This document shows positions 12,004 through 23,915 of a stretch of 64,000 nucleotides of DNA, in pieces. The DNA comes from Lama glama (taxonomy: Eukaryota). Below the pieces are notes generated by a model. It searched no databases. It had not been told where the DNA came from and worked only from the letters and a program-made list of their open reading frames with translations. Made by a program: the position numbers and the translations under genes. Within the stretch, counting starts at the first letter, position 1, and each line of letters starts with the position of its first letter. Location of the stretch: positions 7,814,001 to 7,878,000 of the forward strand of contig CM052818.1 in the NCBI GenBank assembly GCA_028534125.1, in the 5' to 3' direction.

Positions 12004-12589
12004 GGAAGTAGAAGTATGTTGTGGACAGTGTTTGGACTGCATTTTTATCTTTCATTTTTCTACTCATCTGTTTGAAGTTTTTTTAATTCACACATGAATT
12101 ATTTGTATCATAACAATTTAAAATATGTTTCTGTTTTTAATACATACAAAATATAAATTCATAAGCTTCTATAACATAAAGTGGTATATTTCCTCACAGA
12201 AGCAAATATTAGGCAATTTTCTTGAGAAACAAAATGACAGGCAATTTTACCATCACTTAGCAAGAAAGGAGTGGTTGATAAGTTTTAAAGATTACTTAAG
12301 GCTCAAGGTAGGAAAGGCTGGAGCAGCGTCAAGAATTTAAAACATAAGGAGTCCAAGCAATGGATTAAGTAGGAAGAAGATAAAGCAAGAGAAATGAAAA
12401 TTTAAAAATATTCCCACAATGTAAACAAATGCCAAGGATGACCTTGAATCACCAAAATTTTTATCTTATTGACTCTATGTAATGTTTCATCTATCAGTGA
12501 ACTTTAATTGCCTACATTTCTATGGTGGCTTTCGGTTTTCCTCAACTTGTCTTTACAACATATCTGAGACATTTTTTGAGTATCTTCTT

Positions 12590-12900
12590 GCCCAGACCCT
12601 CCCTTTTCTAAATACTTCTACTCCATCATGGTGAGACCTCTGTGGCCAAAGGCACTTTATGACCTAGCGCCTAACCATACCTAATTGGACCTATTAGAGG
12701 CTGTTGACCCAAGCTGTACTGGTCAGATTTTCTTTCCTAGGAATTTGGAATTAGAACTCAGAAATGCTGATTAATTTGTGTTGATCACTTGTGGAATGTG
12801 TGTCATTCTGGGGCAGCTATATTTGTCCCATCAGTATAGATACACAGAAGAGAATTTATCTGGCTATAAAGAAAAAAAAAATTAAGCATAGAGGAGAGGC
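12590..12900 (+). mobile_element. LTR33/LTR16-like ERVL LTR fragment
   Basis: gacccaagctgtactggtcagattttctttcctaggaatttggaattagaactcaga. Confidence 0.55.
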
Positions 12901-12904
12901 CATT

Positions 12905-13285
12905 ATTCATTAGGTCAACAAACACTTAAGTACTTACTGTTCCAAGTACTATTCTGGGTTCTGAGGATACAGCAGTGAATAAAACTGAGTCTCTGCCCTT
13001 GTGGGCATATTTTTTTGGGGGAGGGAGGAAGATGATTAACAAATATTTAAGAAAATGTCAATTAGTCATTGGTTCTATGAAGAAAAATAAAGGAGGGTAG
13101 GAAGAAAGTTTGAAGTGGGGATCAGGGAAAGCCTCTCTGAGGGAGTAATTGAGCAAAGACTTGAACCAGTTGGGAAGCAAGCCAAAAATAAATCTGGAGG
13201 AATTGCTTTCCAAGCTGCAGTTCCAGAACATGCAAAAACTTTGAGTTGGGAGCATTCTTGGGAAGTTCAGGAGACATAGTGGAGA
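12905..13285 (-). mobile_element. L2 fragment
   Basis: tcaacaaacacttaagtacttactgttccaagtactattctgggttctgaggatacagcagtgaataaaac...atcagggaaagcctctctgagg. Confidence 0.85.
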
Positions 13286-13289
13286 GAAG

Positions 13290-14960
13290 AAAAATAAATA
13301 AATAAATATACATCTAAAGATAAAGAGGAGATCTTAAAAATACCCAGAGACAAAGGACAGATTACCCAATTGTTATATAAATAAGTTAAAGATAGCCTCT
13401 GTATGTTGGTCCCTGTGTTATTTACTTATTTAAAGTAGACTAGGATTGTTAGATCAAAGCCCGCCAGTGCCAAACTCAAATTCTTACACATCTGATTGCT
13501 TTAAGTGTACCCCAGATTCTAGCCACTTAGATCCTGCTTGCTTGGGATCCCCCATGAAACTCTACCTAACATCTTTTAGCTATAAGTAACACAAACCCTG
13601 TAGCTATAAAAGACCTCAAACTGCTGTTGTCCTTCAGAGCTCTCTGACCCAGAGATTCCCTACCTTGCTACTGAGGGACATATCCTTGACATGTAGCCCC
13701 TGATTCCTCTCTCCTTGGGAGTTCCACTGCCATTTTTCCCTTGTGAGTGGTGGTCCCATTCTGCTGTCTCTGGAAAATCTCTTACTGTGAATGACTTCCC
13801 CCTTCATGCAGTCCTGTCCAAATGCCACCCGATAAACCTTATTGTGCAATACTGCCATTTCATGATCCTGTCTTTTCCTTGATCTGTCCCCAAATCCTTG
13901 AACTCCAACACCAATTGAATAAAATTAGATTGAAACTGACTTTTCAATTGCAACATCATTCAGAAGACAATGGAATAAAATAGTCCAAGTAATAAGAGCA
14001 GATAATTGTTAGTTTAAAAGTTTATATCCAGCTGAACTGTAACTTGAGAGACAAAAATTGAGAATCCCTAGTAAAGGATATACTTCCTAATTAAATAAAT
14101 TATACCACAAGGAAGGAAATGAGACAATGGACAATGTGAGCAGGTAAATACTTGGGGAACATCTAAACAAGTATAAATTATATAAAATAATGTAATAATA
14201 ATGACTCATATGGGAGTACAAAATTAAGATGCAGCTACAATACTGGTGATAATAACATGTACAATAGGAAAACTATTCTGTGCCCTTGTTTTATTCAAGA
14301 TCAAGGCAGATATAGATATCAGTTTTAGATCTTCAGTGTTCATATTAAAGATATTACTAAAGAATATTTGTAGAATGTATTACTTAAAATGCAATAGACA
14401 GAAGGGAAGGTAAATAAGGAAAAATTAGTTATAGACAGCAGAAAGAGAACAGAATTTAAGTAAAAATAAAAAATAGTTTCTCTAACTTTTAAAGAGAAAC
14501 TAAGCAAGAAATAAGGTGGTAGAGATAAATCCAAATATATCAGTAAACACAATGAATATAAATGGACTAAACTCACCAATTGAAAAATAGAGATTGTCAG
14601 ATTGGATGAAAAAACATATAAAATGCACCTGAATGGAATTTATAGGAAACACATTTAACATAAGGATACAGAGATACTTATGTGGGTAAAAGGAAAAGCT
14701 CTACAGTAAATCAAAAGAAAAAAAGGTAAAGGATTGGAGGGGAATAAGTAAAACTCTCATTATTTGCAGATGACATGATAGTATACCTAGAAAAATCCAA
14801 AAGATTCTACTGACAAATCATTACACTGAATCAGAGAATTTGCCAAAGTGTCTGATATAAGATTTACATACAAACTTTAAATGTATTTTATATACAATTA
14901 GAAAAAAATGTTTAAGACATAGTTTTTATAATAGCGAGAAAAAATTATAACATCCTTTAG
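13290..14960 (+). mobile_element. Ancient L1 (ORF1 end, spacer, ORF2 pieces), interrupted by a solo LTR
   Basis: aaagataaagaggagatcttaaaa...cagattacc (ORF1); aatggactaaactcaccaattgaaaaatagagattgtcagattggat (EN start); ttatttgcagatgacatgatagtatacctagaaaa (LFADDMIVYLE). Confidence 0.8.
13371..13910 (+). mobile_element. Solo ERV1-class LTR (MER89-like), 540 bp
   Basis: TG...CA ends, perfect 5-bp TSD CCAAT (13366-13370 and 13911-13915), TATAAAA near 13606, gccaaactcaaattcttacacatc motif. Confidence 0.85.
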
Positions 14961-16007
14961 ATATTAAGTATGACCTTAATAGACAAAATTACTTTGATTG
15001 AAACATTTGGGTCATAGTAATATTTACATATTTGGAAAATTCTAAGAAAAACAAAGACTCTTCCATCATATTTAACTCAATAAAGCCAAAGCTGAAGGGT
15101 TAAAAAGGAGCAATGATGTAAAGTCAGAAAGAAGGCTTAATTTTGTTAGTCAAGTAATAAGGGTATATGGGACTGTAGAAAATAAACTTGTCTAATTATC
15201 TAGGTTTTTGGAAACAATTTTTACAAATATGCAGTATAAACTGCTTTTAAAATTCTGGTAGTTTGTTAACTAGAGAGTCTTGCTAGGATGGCTTACAAAG
15301 AAGACAGATCGAAGAAAACCCAAAAGTCATGAGACACAAGACGTTACTTTGCATTTTTAGAAGATTTTTCATAGTAAGAGAGACCTAAAAATTGAGTAAA
15401 TACCAAATGGATTTATGATGAAGAAAGTGGTCTACGGAAGTAATTCTCAAAATTAATTTTAACATTGGAACTTTTTTCCAAATGAAATCTACAATTTCAA
15501 TATTTAAATTAGATAAATGTATTTATTAGTACAGATTTATTTTAAAATTTAACTGTATAGCATTTGCTTATTAAAGAGTAGAGGAAGGATGCTAGTTTGT
15601 TGAACACACTAAAATCTTAAAATCAAGAGTTGTAGATGACAGTTCCCCATTTTTATCCTCATTAGCTGTTTTAGTTATGCAGGTGTAAGATAAATATTTG
15701 CAAGTAGTAATTTCAGGATACTTTTGAATCAAACTGACTTAGAAGCCTGAGAAAGGAGTAGTAGATTTTCAAACACTTTATTTCAAGGTTAAACAACTAA
15801 GCATGTCTATTAAAGGAATTAATTATCATAAATATAAAGGTGAGAGAAGAAGGAACTAAAAGTTACAAGGATTGCATAAAATACTTTTAATAGGATACAA
15901 TATTGTGACACCACACTTGTTAGTCTGTTGTTTTTGTTGCATAATTGGCTATTTTGCCTCAAAAGAGAAATTGCCAAACTGATGGATCTGAACATTCAAC
16001 TGTTTTT

Positions 16008-17937
16008 GTTTAAGTTTTTTTTATTGAAGTATAGTTGATTTACAATATTGTGTTTCTGGTGTATAGCAAAGTGATTCAGTTATGTATGTATACTCTTTTT
16101 CAGATTCTTTTCCATGTGGGTTACTACAAGATACTGAATATAGTTCCCTGTACCATACAGTAGGTCTTTGTCATTTGTCTATTTTATATATAGCAGTGTG
16201 TATCTGCTAATCCCAAATTCCTAATTTATCCCTCCCCCTTCTTTCCCCTTTGGTAAGAAGTTTGTTTTCTATGTCTGTGAGTCTATTTCTGTTTTGTAAA
16301 TAAGCTCATTTGTATTATTTTTTTTAGATTCCACATATAAGTGATTTTGTATGATATTTGTCTTTCTCTGTCTGACTTACTTCATTTAATATGATAATCT
16401 CTAGATCCCTCCATGTTGTTGCAAATTGCATTATTTCATTGTTTTTATGGCTGAGTAATATTCCATTGTATATATATACCACATCTTCCTTATCCATTCA
16501 TCTTTCAGTGGACATTTAGGTTGCTTCCATGTCTTGGCTATTGTAAATAGTGCTGCTGTGAACGTTGGGATGCATGTACCTTTCTGAATTAGACTTTTCA
16601 TCTTTTCCAGTTATATGCCCAGGAGTGGGATTGCTGGATCATATGACAACTCTATTTTTAGTTTAAGGAACCACTGTTCTCTATAGTGGCCACAACAAAT
16701 TACATTCCCACCAACAGTATAGGAGGATTGCCTTTTCTCCACACCCTCTCCAGCATTTAATATTTGTAGAATTTTTGATAGCCATTCCGACTGATGTGAG
16801 GTGATACCTCATTGTAGTTTTGATTTGCATTTCTCTGATAATTAGCGATGTTGAACATCTTTTCACTGCCTGTTGACCATCCATATATCTTCTTTGGAGA
16901 AATATCTAATTAGGTCTTCTGCCCATTTTTTGACTGGATTTTTTTAAAAAATATTGAGCTGGATGAGCTGTTTACATATTTTGGAAATTAAGCCCTTGTT
17001 GGTCACATCATTTGCAAATATTTTCTCCCATTCCCTAGGTTGTCTTTTCATTTTGCTTATGGTTTCCTTTGCTGTGCAAAAGCTTTTAAGTTTAATTAGG
17101 TTCCATTTGTTTATTTTTGTGTTCATTTCCATTACTCTGGGAGATGGATTGAAAAAAATATTGCTGCAATTTATGTCAAAGAGTGTTCTGCCTATATTTT
17201 ACTCTAGTAGTTTTAGAGTATCCAGTCTTACATTTAGGTCTTTAATCTATTTTAAGTTTTTTTTGTATATGGTGTTAAAGAGTTTTCCAATTTCATTCTT
17301 TTACATGTAGCTGTCCAGTTTTCCCAGCACCACTTTTCTCCACTGTATATTCTTGCCTCTTCCTATGGCTACAGATTAATTAACCATAAGTGTATGGGTA
17401 TATTTCTGGCTCTCTGTCCTGTTCCATTGATCTATGTGTCTAGATCAATACTAGACCAATACTAGATCATACTAGACCAGTACTATACTGTTTTGATTGC
17501 TATAGCTTTGTAATATAGTCTGAAGTCAGGGACTGTGATTCCTCCAGTGCTGTTCTTTCTCAAGATTGTTTTAGTTATTCAGGGTCTTTTGTGTTCCCAT
17601 ATAAACTTAAATGCTTTTTGTTCTAATTCTGTGAAAAATTTCATTGGTACTTTGATAAGGATTGCATTGAATCTGTATATTGCCTTGGGTAGTATGATCA
17701 TTTTAACAATATTGATTCTTCCAGTCCAAGAACATTGGTATATCTTTCCATCTGTTGTTGACTTCAATTTCTTTCATCAGCATCTTACAGTTTTTGGAGT
17801 ACAGGTCTTTTGCCTCCTTAGGTAGGTTTATTCCTAGGTATTTTATTCTTTCTGATGTGAGATAAATGGGATTGTTTCTTTAATTTCTTTTTCTGAAAGT
17901 TTGTTATTAGTGTATAGAAATACAACAAATTTCTTTG
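16008..17937 (-). mobile_element. 5'-truncated artiodactyl L1 (ORF2 C-terminus plus 3' UTR)
   Basis: Minus ORFs [43 protein letters not shown] and [25 protein letters not shown]; near-TSD tcaactgttttt / tcatctgttttt. Confidence 0.97.
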
Positions 17938-18164
17938 TCATCTGTTTTTTAATTGAGCATGATGCATGTGTGTCGTGGATTTGTGCTCATTTGTATAACT
18001 TTGTCAGTAAATGTGCTATGTCTTTAAATTTTTTTTTTAAATGCAGGACCATAATTTTCAATTAAACTACACTTACAAGAAGTTTAAGTGAGCACACAAA
18101 CATGTGGATGAGTAAATCACAAGGACTGTTCATAGACATTTCAGTTCTTTCTAGATATTAGTGG

Positions 18165-18420
18165 AATTTCTCTTCCCAGCACACTTTGGAGTTGGTTGTG
18201 GCCATAAGCCTTGCTTTGCCTAGTGAAATATGAGCAGCAGTAATACATATCACCTCTGGGCAGATGTTTTAAGAGCAACTTCCCCTGCACAGTTCTCTAT
18301 GTTTCCTTCCCTCTGCCGCAGTGATCAAAGAAGCACACTATTGAGATGGAGTCTCCATCACCCTGGGTTCCTGGGTGATGATGGACAGAACCCGGTCCTA
18401 ACCTGCACAGAACAAGTGTA
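18165..18420 (+). mobile_element. MLT1J-like LTR fragment
   Basis: tgtggccataagccttgctttgcctagtgaaatatgagcagcagt...tcacctctgggcagatgttttaagagc...gagatggagtctccatcaccctgggttcctg. Confidence 0.75.
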
Positions 18421-19199
18421 AAATTATAAATATGTCAGCAGAAAGAGGAGAGTAGGACAGGCTTGCTGAAAGAATCTGAGATGTGTGAGAGCAAGATGAG
18501 AGAGAACAGCTGATCCCTAGAATTTGGTTCCAGGTGCTTTCCAGGTCCCATGGTTTCTACCGCAAAACCTTACATTATCCTGTAGAGTTTGCATAGGACT
18601 CCTGATACTTCAACAACAACAATAAAAAGTTAAAAAAAACAACAACATTTATTTCCGCTTAATAAGGTGTCTCCAAAATGCAAATGACACTTTTTATTAT
18701 GTAACTATTAATATGATTTCCAATCTTTTTCCTTTTAAAAATCAAATTGATTGATTCACAAACCCCAACTCTTTTTTCGACTTCCTTTAATAAAATATCT
18801 AATCGTTCCACTCTGTATCCTAGTAACCATACTCCCTCTGCCCATACAAAGATGGTTCAAATTTTTATCTTATGTTAATTATTAAGCTGCTGAAAGGACT
18901 TTACTGACTACCAAAGAAATACACCTATCTTTACTTTTGAATTCATATCTAATGTGTGTGTATATGTATGTATTTTTTTCCTGAAATCCTTTGATATCCC
19001 CGATTTTGCACTTTTATTTTGAACTTTCGGCCAATGGATAGGGCTTTTAGTTTTATTTCAGCAGTTGTTCCACTTTGTATAATATAACAATTAAACATAG
19101 TTTAAGACTATTGTCAAATCAAACATTTAGAAACAATAATAGGCACAGAGTTCTGCCTCTTGAGGGCTGTTGTGACCTAATCCTAACATGACTTTTTGT

Positions 19200-19805
19200 C
19201 CAGGTAGTTCACTATGGTCCACTTTCTGTCCTATTGACCCATAGTTGTTGCCAGAATATAAACCTGATCTAACTCAGCTGCTTACAAAGCTTCCATGGCT
19301 CCCAGCCACCTGCAGGCAAAGTCAAAATCCCTTAGAACAGAAAAAAAATGTTTCGGCATCTGGCCCTCCTAGCTTTTTACCTTACTTGCACCCCTCTTAA
19401 AATGAGTAGCCACACAGAGGTGCCTGTCAGTCTCCACAAATTATTTCCCATGTCAGTGCTTTTGCACTTGTCTGGTTACCCCATTTAGAATATCCTGCCT
19501 TTCTCTTCCTTCTTCCTCACCCCAATTCTTAGTAGCCTTCAAAGGCTAACTCAAAGTTCACTTCCTCAGTAACAACTCCAAGTTCAGACTACCTGGCAGT
19601 CAGTCACCTCCTCCTCTGGGGACTAGAGGTCACCTCTTCCTCTGGAGACTAGACAGTCATAGTAAAGTAGGGGAGAGAAACATGGAAACAAATAATCAAA
19701 CACATGGTCAAAAAGACCTTGAACTCCTTAAGGACAAAGACCTCATCATTTTTTCACCTCTGTGTCTCCTGTATCTACCAGTCACATGATAAATAAATGT
19801 TGACT
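19200..19805 (+). mobile_element. L2 fragments
   Basis: aaagcttccatggctcccagccacctgcaggcaaagtcaaaatccctta; ccttcaaaggctaactcaaagttcacttcctc; gaactccttaaggacaaagacc. Confidence 0.65.
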
Positions 19806-20614
19806 TTAACTGAATCATATGGACTGATTTTAATAACTGCATTTCACTTTTAAGAATATCAACTATGTAGATTTTCTCAAGTTAAAGGTTCATAATATGA
19901 CCTTAAAAAACAAATTACAGATGGTTGCTAAAGTTTTACAAATGTTTATATCATAATTTTTAATAAATTTCAGTTAAATTCATATATTATTATTTTTTAA
20001 ATTATGTAGTGTTTTTTTTTTACTTTAAGGGAGGTCTATATAACTCATAGAACCTATGTAAATGTCTCAGGGTAATTTGAAAGTATACAAAGCATAGAAA
20101 TAATATTGGAATGGATGGTTGAGATACAAATGTTAAAGTATAGGAATGTGCCAAAAAGAAACTCTTGCCTGAAAAGAACACATGTTCTTTGCCAAGAGCA
20201 AAACCCTGACATATTTAATGAGGCATTGCAAAATCTGCTCACTCACCCACCCCGCCCACGGAAGACAAAGTTCAGAATGAACCTTGTTTAGAAACTTTGG
20301 AACTATGTGTTTAAAGAATGAGAGTGCGATATGCTCTAGCTAGGTAAGTCTCAAACACGGTCACACTTCCATTTCCCAAAGGAAGCTCCCATTTCTTCTG
20401 GCTCCTCTGTCTCTCATTTAACTTGTTAACTCTCTTTCACAAGATTTCTCAATTTTAACCTTAGAGCCGTAATATTTGAAATTTATAAACATGAAAACAG
20501 ATATTTAAATGTTCATAATGAAGGTAATCACCTTCCTGATAAACCTGCTTATCCTAAATACTCTGTTACGATTCAGCCATCTTTGCAAACATCCACCTCA
20601 AAAAAGTTGAAGTC

Positions 20615-20720
20615 ATAACAATAACAGCTAACATTTATTGAGTGCTCTGAATGTCGCAGGTGCGATGCTTTTTTATCTCCTTTAATTCTCACAAGAGTTT
20701 CTGGGAAGAAAATGACTTGA
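20615..20720 (-). mobile_element. MIR fragment
   Basis: ataacagctaacatttattgagtgct...tatctcctttaattctcacaa. Confidence 0.65.
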
Positions 20721-21008
20721 ACACATGTTCCTGACCTCCCCTGTCCTCCTTTCCTCCCCTAATTCCTTACTGGAGCAACTTAGCAGCTAAGAGCAGCAGG
20801 CTCTTGTTGGTAGTGTGTGTTTCTGAGGACATCCATAGGAAAGGGTAGATACCAGACATATGAGGTCTGAAACTAGGGAAAGCCAACTCTCATCAGGAAA
20901 AACAGGGCTGCACAAGTAGACAGAATCATCCTCTTTCCAACTGACTGAGAAAAGTGTTTCTCTCCCTTGTACTTGGAGAGTCAGAGAGCAAAGTTTAGAA
21001 TACTAGAA

Positions 21009-21203
21009 TAGTGGTTCTCAAAAGGTTGCCCCTGGACTTGTAGCAATATCAACTAGGAACATTGCAGCACCTGTTAGAAATGCAAATTCTTAGGCCTCAC
21101 TACAGGCCTATAAATCAGAAACTCTGGGAGTCAGGCCCAGAAAGCTGTGTTTTAATAAGACCTCCAGGAGATTGTGATACATGTTCAAGTTTGAGACCCA
21201 TGA
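21009..21203 (+). mobile_element. MER5A (hAT-Charlie MITE)
   Basis: agtggttctcaaa...gttagaaatgcaaattcttaggcc...aatcagaaactctgggagtcaggcccag...ctgtgttttaataagacctccagg...aagtttgagacc. Confidence 0.9.
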
Positions 21204-21389
21204 GACTGTAAGAGCAGATGGCTTAATATCCTCCACCTGCTGGAAACCCTGGTCAGGGAACTCCTGTCTGTTCGTAGAGCACAGGAAATTGCAATGCATT
21301 TAATAAACTCAGTAATTTGAGGGAGATTTACTCAGCTAATCAACCAGAAGTGGTGACTCCTATAGGAATAAATAATCAGATGGAAGATA

Positions 21390-21530
21390 ACTTTAATGTT
21401 CATTGCAGTCCTGTTAGCTCCCCAAATAGAAATTGAGGCTTAGAGAGGTTAAATAACCTTCAAGGTCACACCACTAACAAGTACCAGAACCAGAACACAG
21501 GTCCCCTCATTACCTTCCATATGTAAATTC
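21390..21530 (-). mobile_element. MIR fragment
   Basis: gaaattgaggcttagagaggttaaataaccttcaaggtcacaccactaacaagtaccagaaccagaa. Confidence 0.7.
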
Positions 21531-21569
21531 TAACTATATCTATCTCAGCTGTGTCTGTAGGATCCATAT

Positions 21570-21920
21570 TTTTAAACTTTGTTTTAAATTGTGATATAAT
21601 GTACATACACTACATACAGAAAAGTATACCAGCAGCCCCTGTACGGCTGTCTCTCTTCCCCCTGGAGGGAACCACTACCTTGACCCTTGTGATAATTTTT
21701 CTTTATTAAACCATGTCTGTAAGCATTCTCAAACAATGTAGTTTGGTTTTTACCTGTTTTGAACTTCATACAAAAAGAATCATACTGTTTATATCCTTCT
21801 GTGTCCTGCTTCTTTTGCTCAACATCATGTTTGTGACATTCATCCATGTTTTCATATGTAGCCATAGTTTATTTTCATTGCTACATGATGTTTCATTGAG
21901 TGAATAATATTTTGTTTACC
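21570..21920 (-). mobile_element. Ancient L1 (L1ME/MD-type) 3' end
   Basis: cctgttttgaacttcatacaaaaagaatcatactgtttatatccttctgtgtcctgcttcttttgctcaacatcatgtttgtgacattcatccatgtt. Confidence 0.8.
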
Positions 21921-22462
21921 CTAGAATCTATCATTTCTTCATTCCCACTGTCACTCTCCTACTTCAGGCATTCATTAAATGATTTTTCATTACTTAAGTT
22001 ATCCCAGTGGTCCCTAACTGTTCTCCTCATTACCAGGATCTCCCCAGCTGCTGCCAGAGGATTCTTCTGAAAGTCAACATGGATCATGTTCTTCCTGTTA
22101 AAAGAAGTTGCAGGAGGAGAGGAAGAAGGAAGACTGTGAGGTAGGAAGCAACACATTTTTATCCAGGGCCTTGGGGACCATTTTAAGGATTTGAGTTTTT
22201 ATTCTACCCAATGAATGAAAAGCCCCATCAGCTGATAGTTTTGACTTTCTAAGCTCAGAGACTCTTACGTCAGAGTCCCTAGAGCATAGGATTAGACCCC
22301 TTTGAAAACTACACCTGCCAAGAGTCCAACCAAGTTGGCTAGACCCTCCTTAAGCACTGCCCACAGCCCCTTGGGATCGCTTCAACTGCTGGCTAAGTTC
22401 ACTCGGCCCTGGTCCTATCCATTACCAGTTCTTCCATTTCTCTGTAACCTACTGTTAAGTTC

Positions 22463-22962
22463 TGTAGGGGAGGCAAACTTTTAACTTTACCCTCCTAGGG
22501 TTCTTTTTGGCTGGCTGAGAATTAAACTGACATAAGATAGATCAATAGGAGAAAAGGTACCAATTTATTTAATACAAGTTGTACATGACATGGGAGCCTT
22601 CATAAAGAATGAAGACCCAAAAAATGGCAAAACTTACTTGTTTTTATATTAGGTTGAACAAAAAGAGGCAAATATGGAAAAGTGACTACATGGGGAGGCT
22701 AACAGAAGATAAGAATTATTTTTAACAAGGACTGTTTGTATAGAAGTCTCTTGATCTTAACTTCTAGGTCTTGATGATAAGAATGTTACATTCCTTCTGG
22801 TAGAGGGAGGACATTTTTCTAATAGGAATTTCATCTCCTGTTTTTAAGAAAAAGAAGGAAAATCAGGGTATTTTCTTCTGATGTTTTCAAGTGCCTTTAA
22901 TTCAAAATAGTTAATATGCCACAAAAGCACATTTTGGGGTGGCATGCTCTGAACTCACTTCT
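22463..22962 (-). mobile_element. MER34-like ERV1 solo LTR
   Basis: tgtaggggaggcaaac...aattaaactgacataagatagatcaataggagaaaa...aaaatagttaatatgccacaaaagcacattttggggtggcatgctctgaa. Confidence 0.85.
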
Positions 22963-23271
22963 TAGCATACCTCACAGGTGAGGCCATAAAAATTAATGTA
23001 TATATGGATAAAATATCCACATATACCCTGATTTTGGACAATGCAATAGTGAACTATAATTTGTGCTGAAAAATGGCAAATGAAAGAAAAGTGAACTAAG
23101 AATCATAAGATTTAACTCAAAGTCTTACCAGAGTGCCTAGCCTAAAGACATTTCAGGTCTTCATAACGAACATCACTAATTCATACCATTGAGTATAATG
23201 AGAATTACAGAATGTTAGACAAGAAGGGGTCTCCATAGCTTTGGACATACTTCTAGACTGTAATTTTAGTG

Positions 23272-23470
23272 TAGGTGCTGGCAGACTTTTTCTGTAAAGG
23301 ACTCAACACTATGTTCAGCTTTACAGGCTCTATGGTCTTTGTCACAACTGCTTAGCTATGACATGCAGGGTGAAAGCAGCCATCGGTGATATGTAAATGG
23401 CCGTGTTCCAATAAAATTGTATTGGCAGCAGGTCAGGTTTGGCCCAGAGGCTGTAGTTTGCCATCTCCTG
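23272..23470 (+). mobile_element. MER58A (hAT-Charlie MITE)
   Basis: ggcagactttttctgtaaagg...gtcacaactgct...gaaagcagccat...gccgtgttccaataaaatt...ggctgtagtttgccatctcctg. Confidence 0.9.
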
Positions 23471-23915
23471 GTTTAGTGCTCGTTGTTTGTGTGTTGTTTT
23501 GGTTTTTATCTCAGTATTTTAAAGTTAAGATCTAATTCATATTGAATACAATGAAGCAGCTCTTAAGTGTACTTTTTGATGAATTTTTGGCAAATGTATT
23601 CATTCACATATGTAATCACATCATAATCAAGATCTTGACATTTTTATTCCCCCAGAAAGTGCCTTCATGTCCCTTTCCAATCAATCCCCCCTGACCCCTG
23701 AGCGTAGTCACTCTTCTAATTTCTATTCTTATAGATTAATTTTGCCTGTTCTTGAACTTCATATAAGTAAAATTATACAGTGTCCATATGTCTGACTATA
23801 TGATTTCTTTTATTCAACTAGTTTGTGAGACTCATCATGTTCTTTATACTTTTTTATGGCTGAGTAGTATTCATTGTATGACTATACCACAGTATGTCTT
23901 AAGAAATTACCACAA

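Larger units (their letters stand above)
7580..12125 (+). mobile_element. HAL1/L1 ORF1-like element, fragmented (about 7580-7978, 9130-9230, 10610-11815, 12010-12125)
   Basis: A-rich ORF1-like segments (gaggttccaggaaacagaacagaaac; agaagacagtagagcaatacctataaagttctaagggaaaat...aacctagatttcta) followed by a HAL1-type tail with no ORF2. Confidence 0.6.

Noticed and set aside
19603..19654. 26-bp tandem duplication (gtcacctc...gactaga x2)
   Set aside because: Ordinary local duplication within L2-derived DNA; two copies with no spacer, so not CRISPR-like
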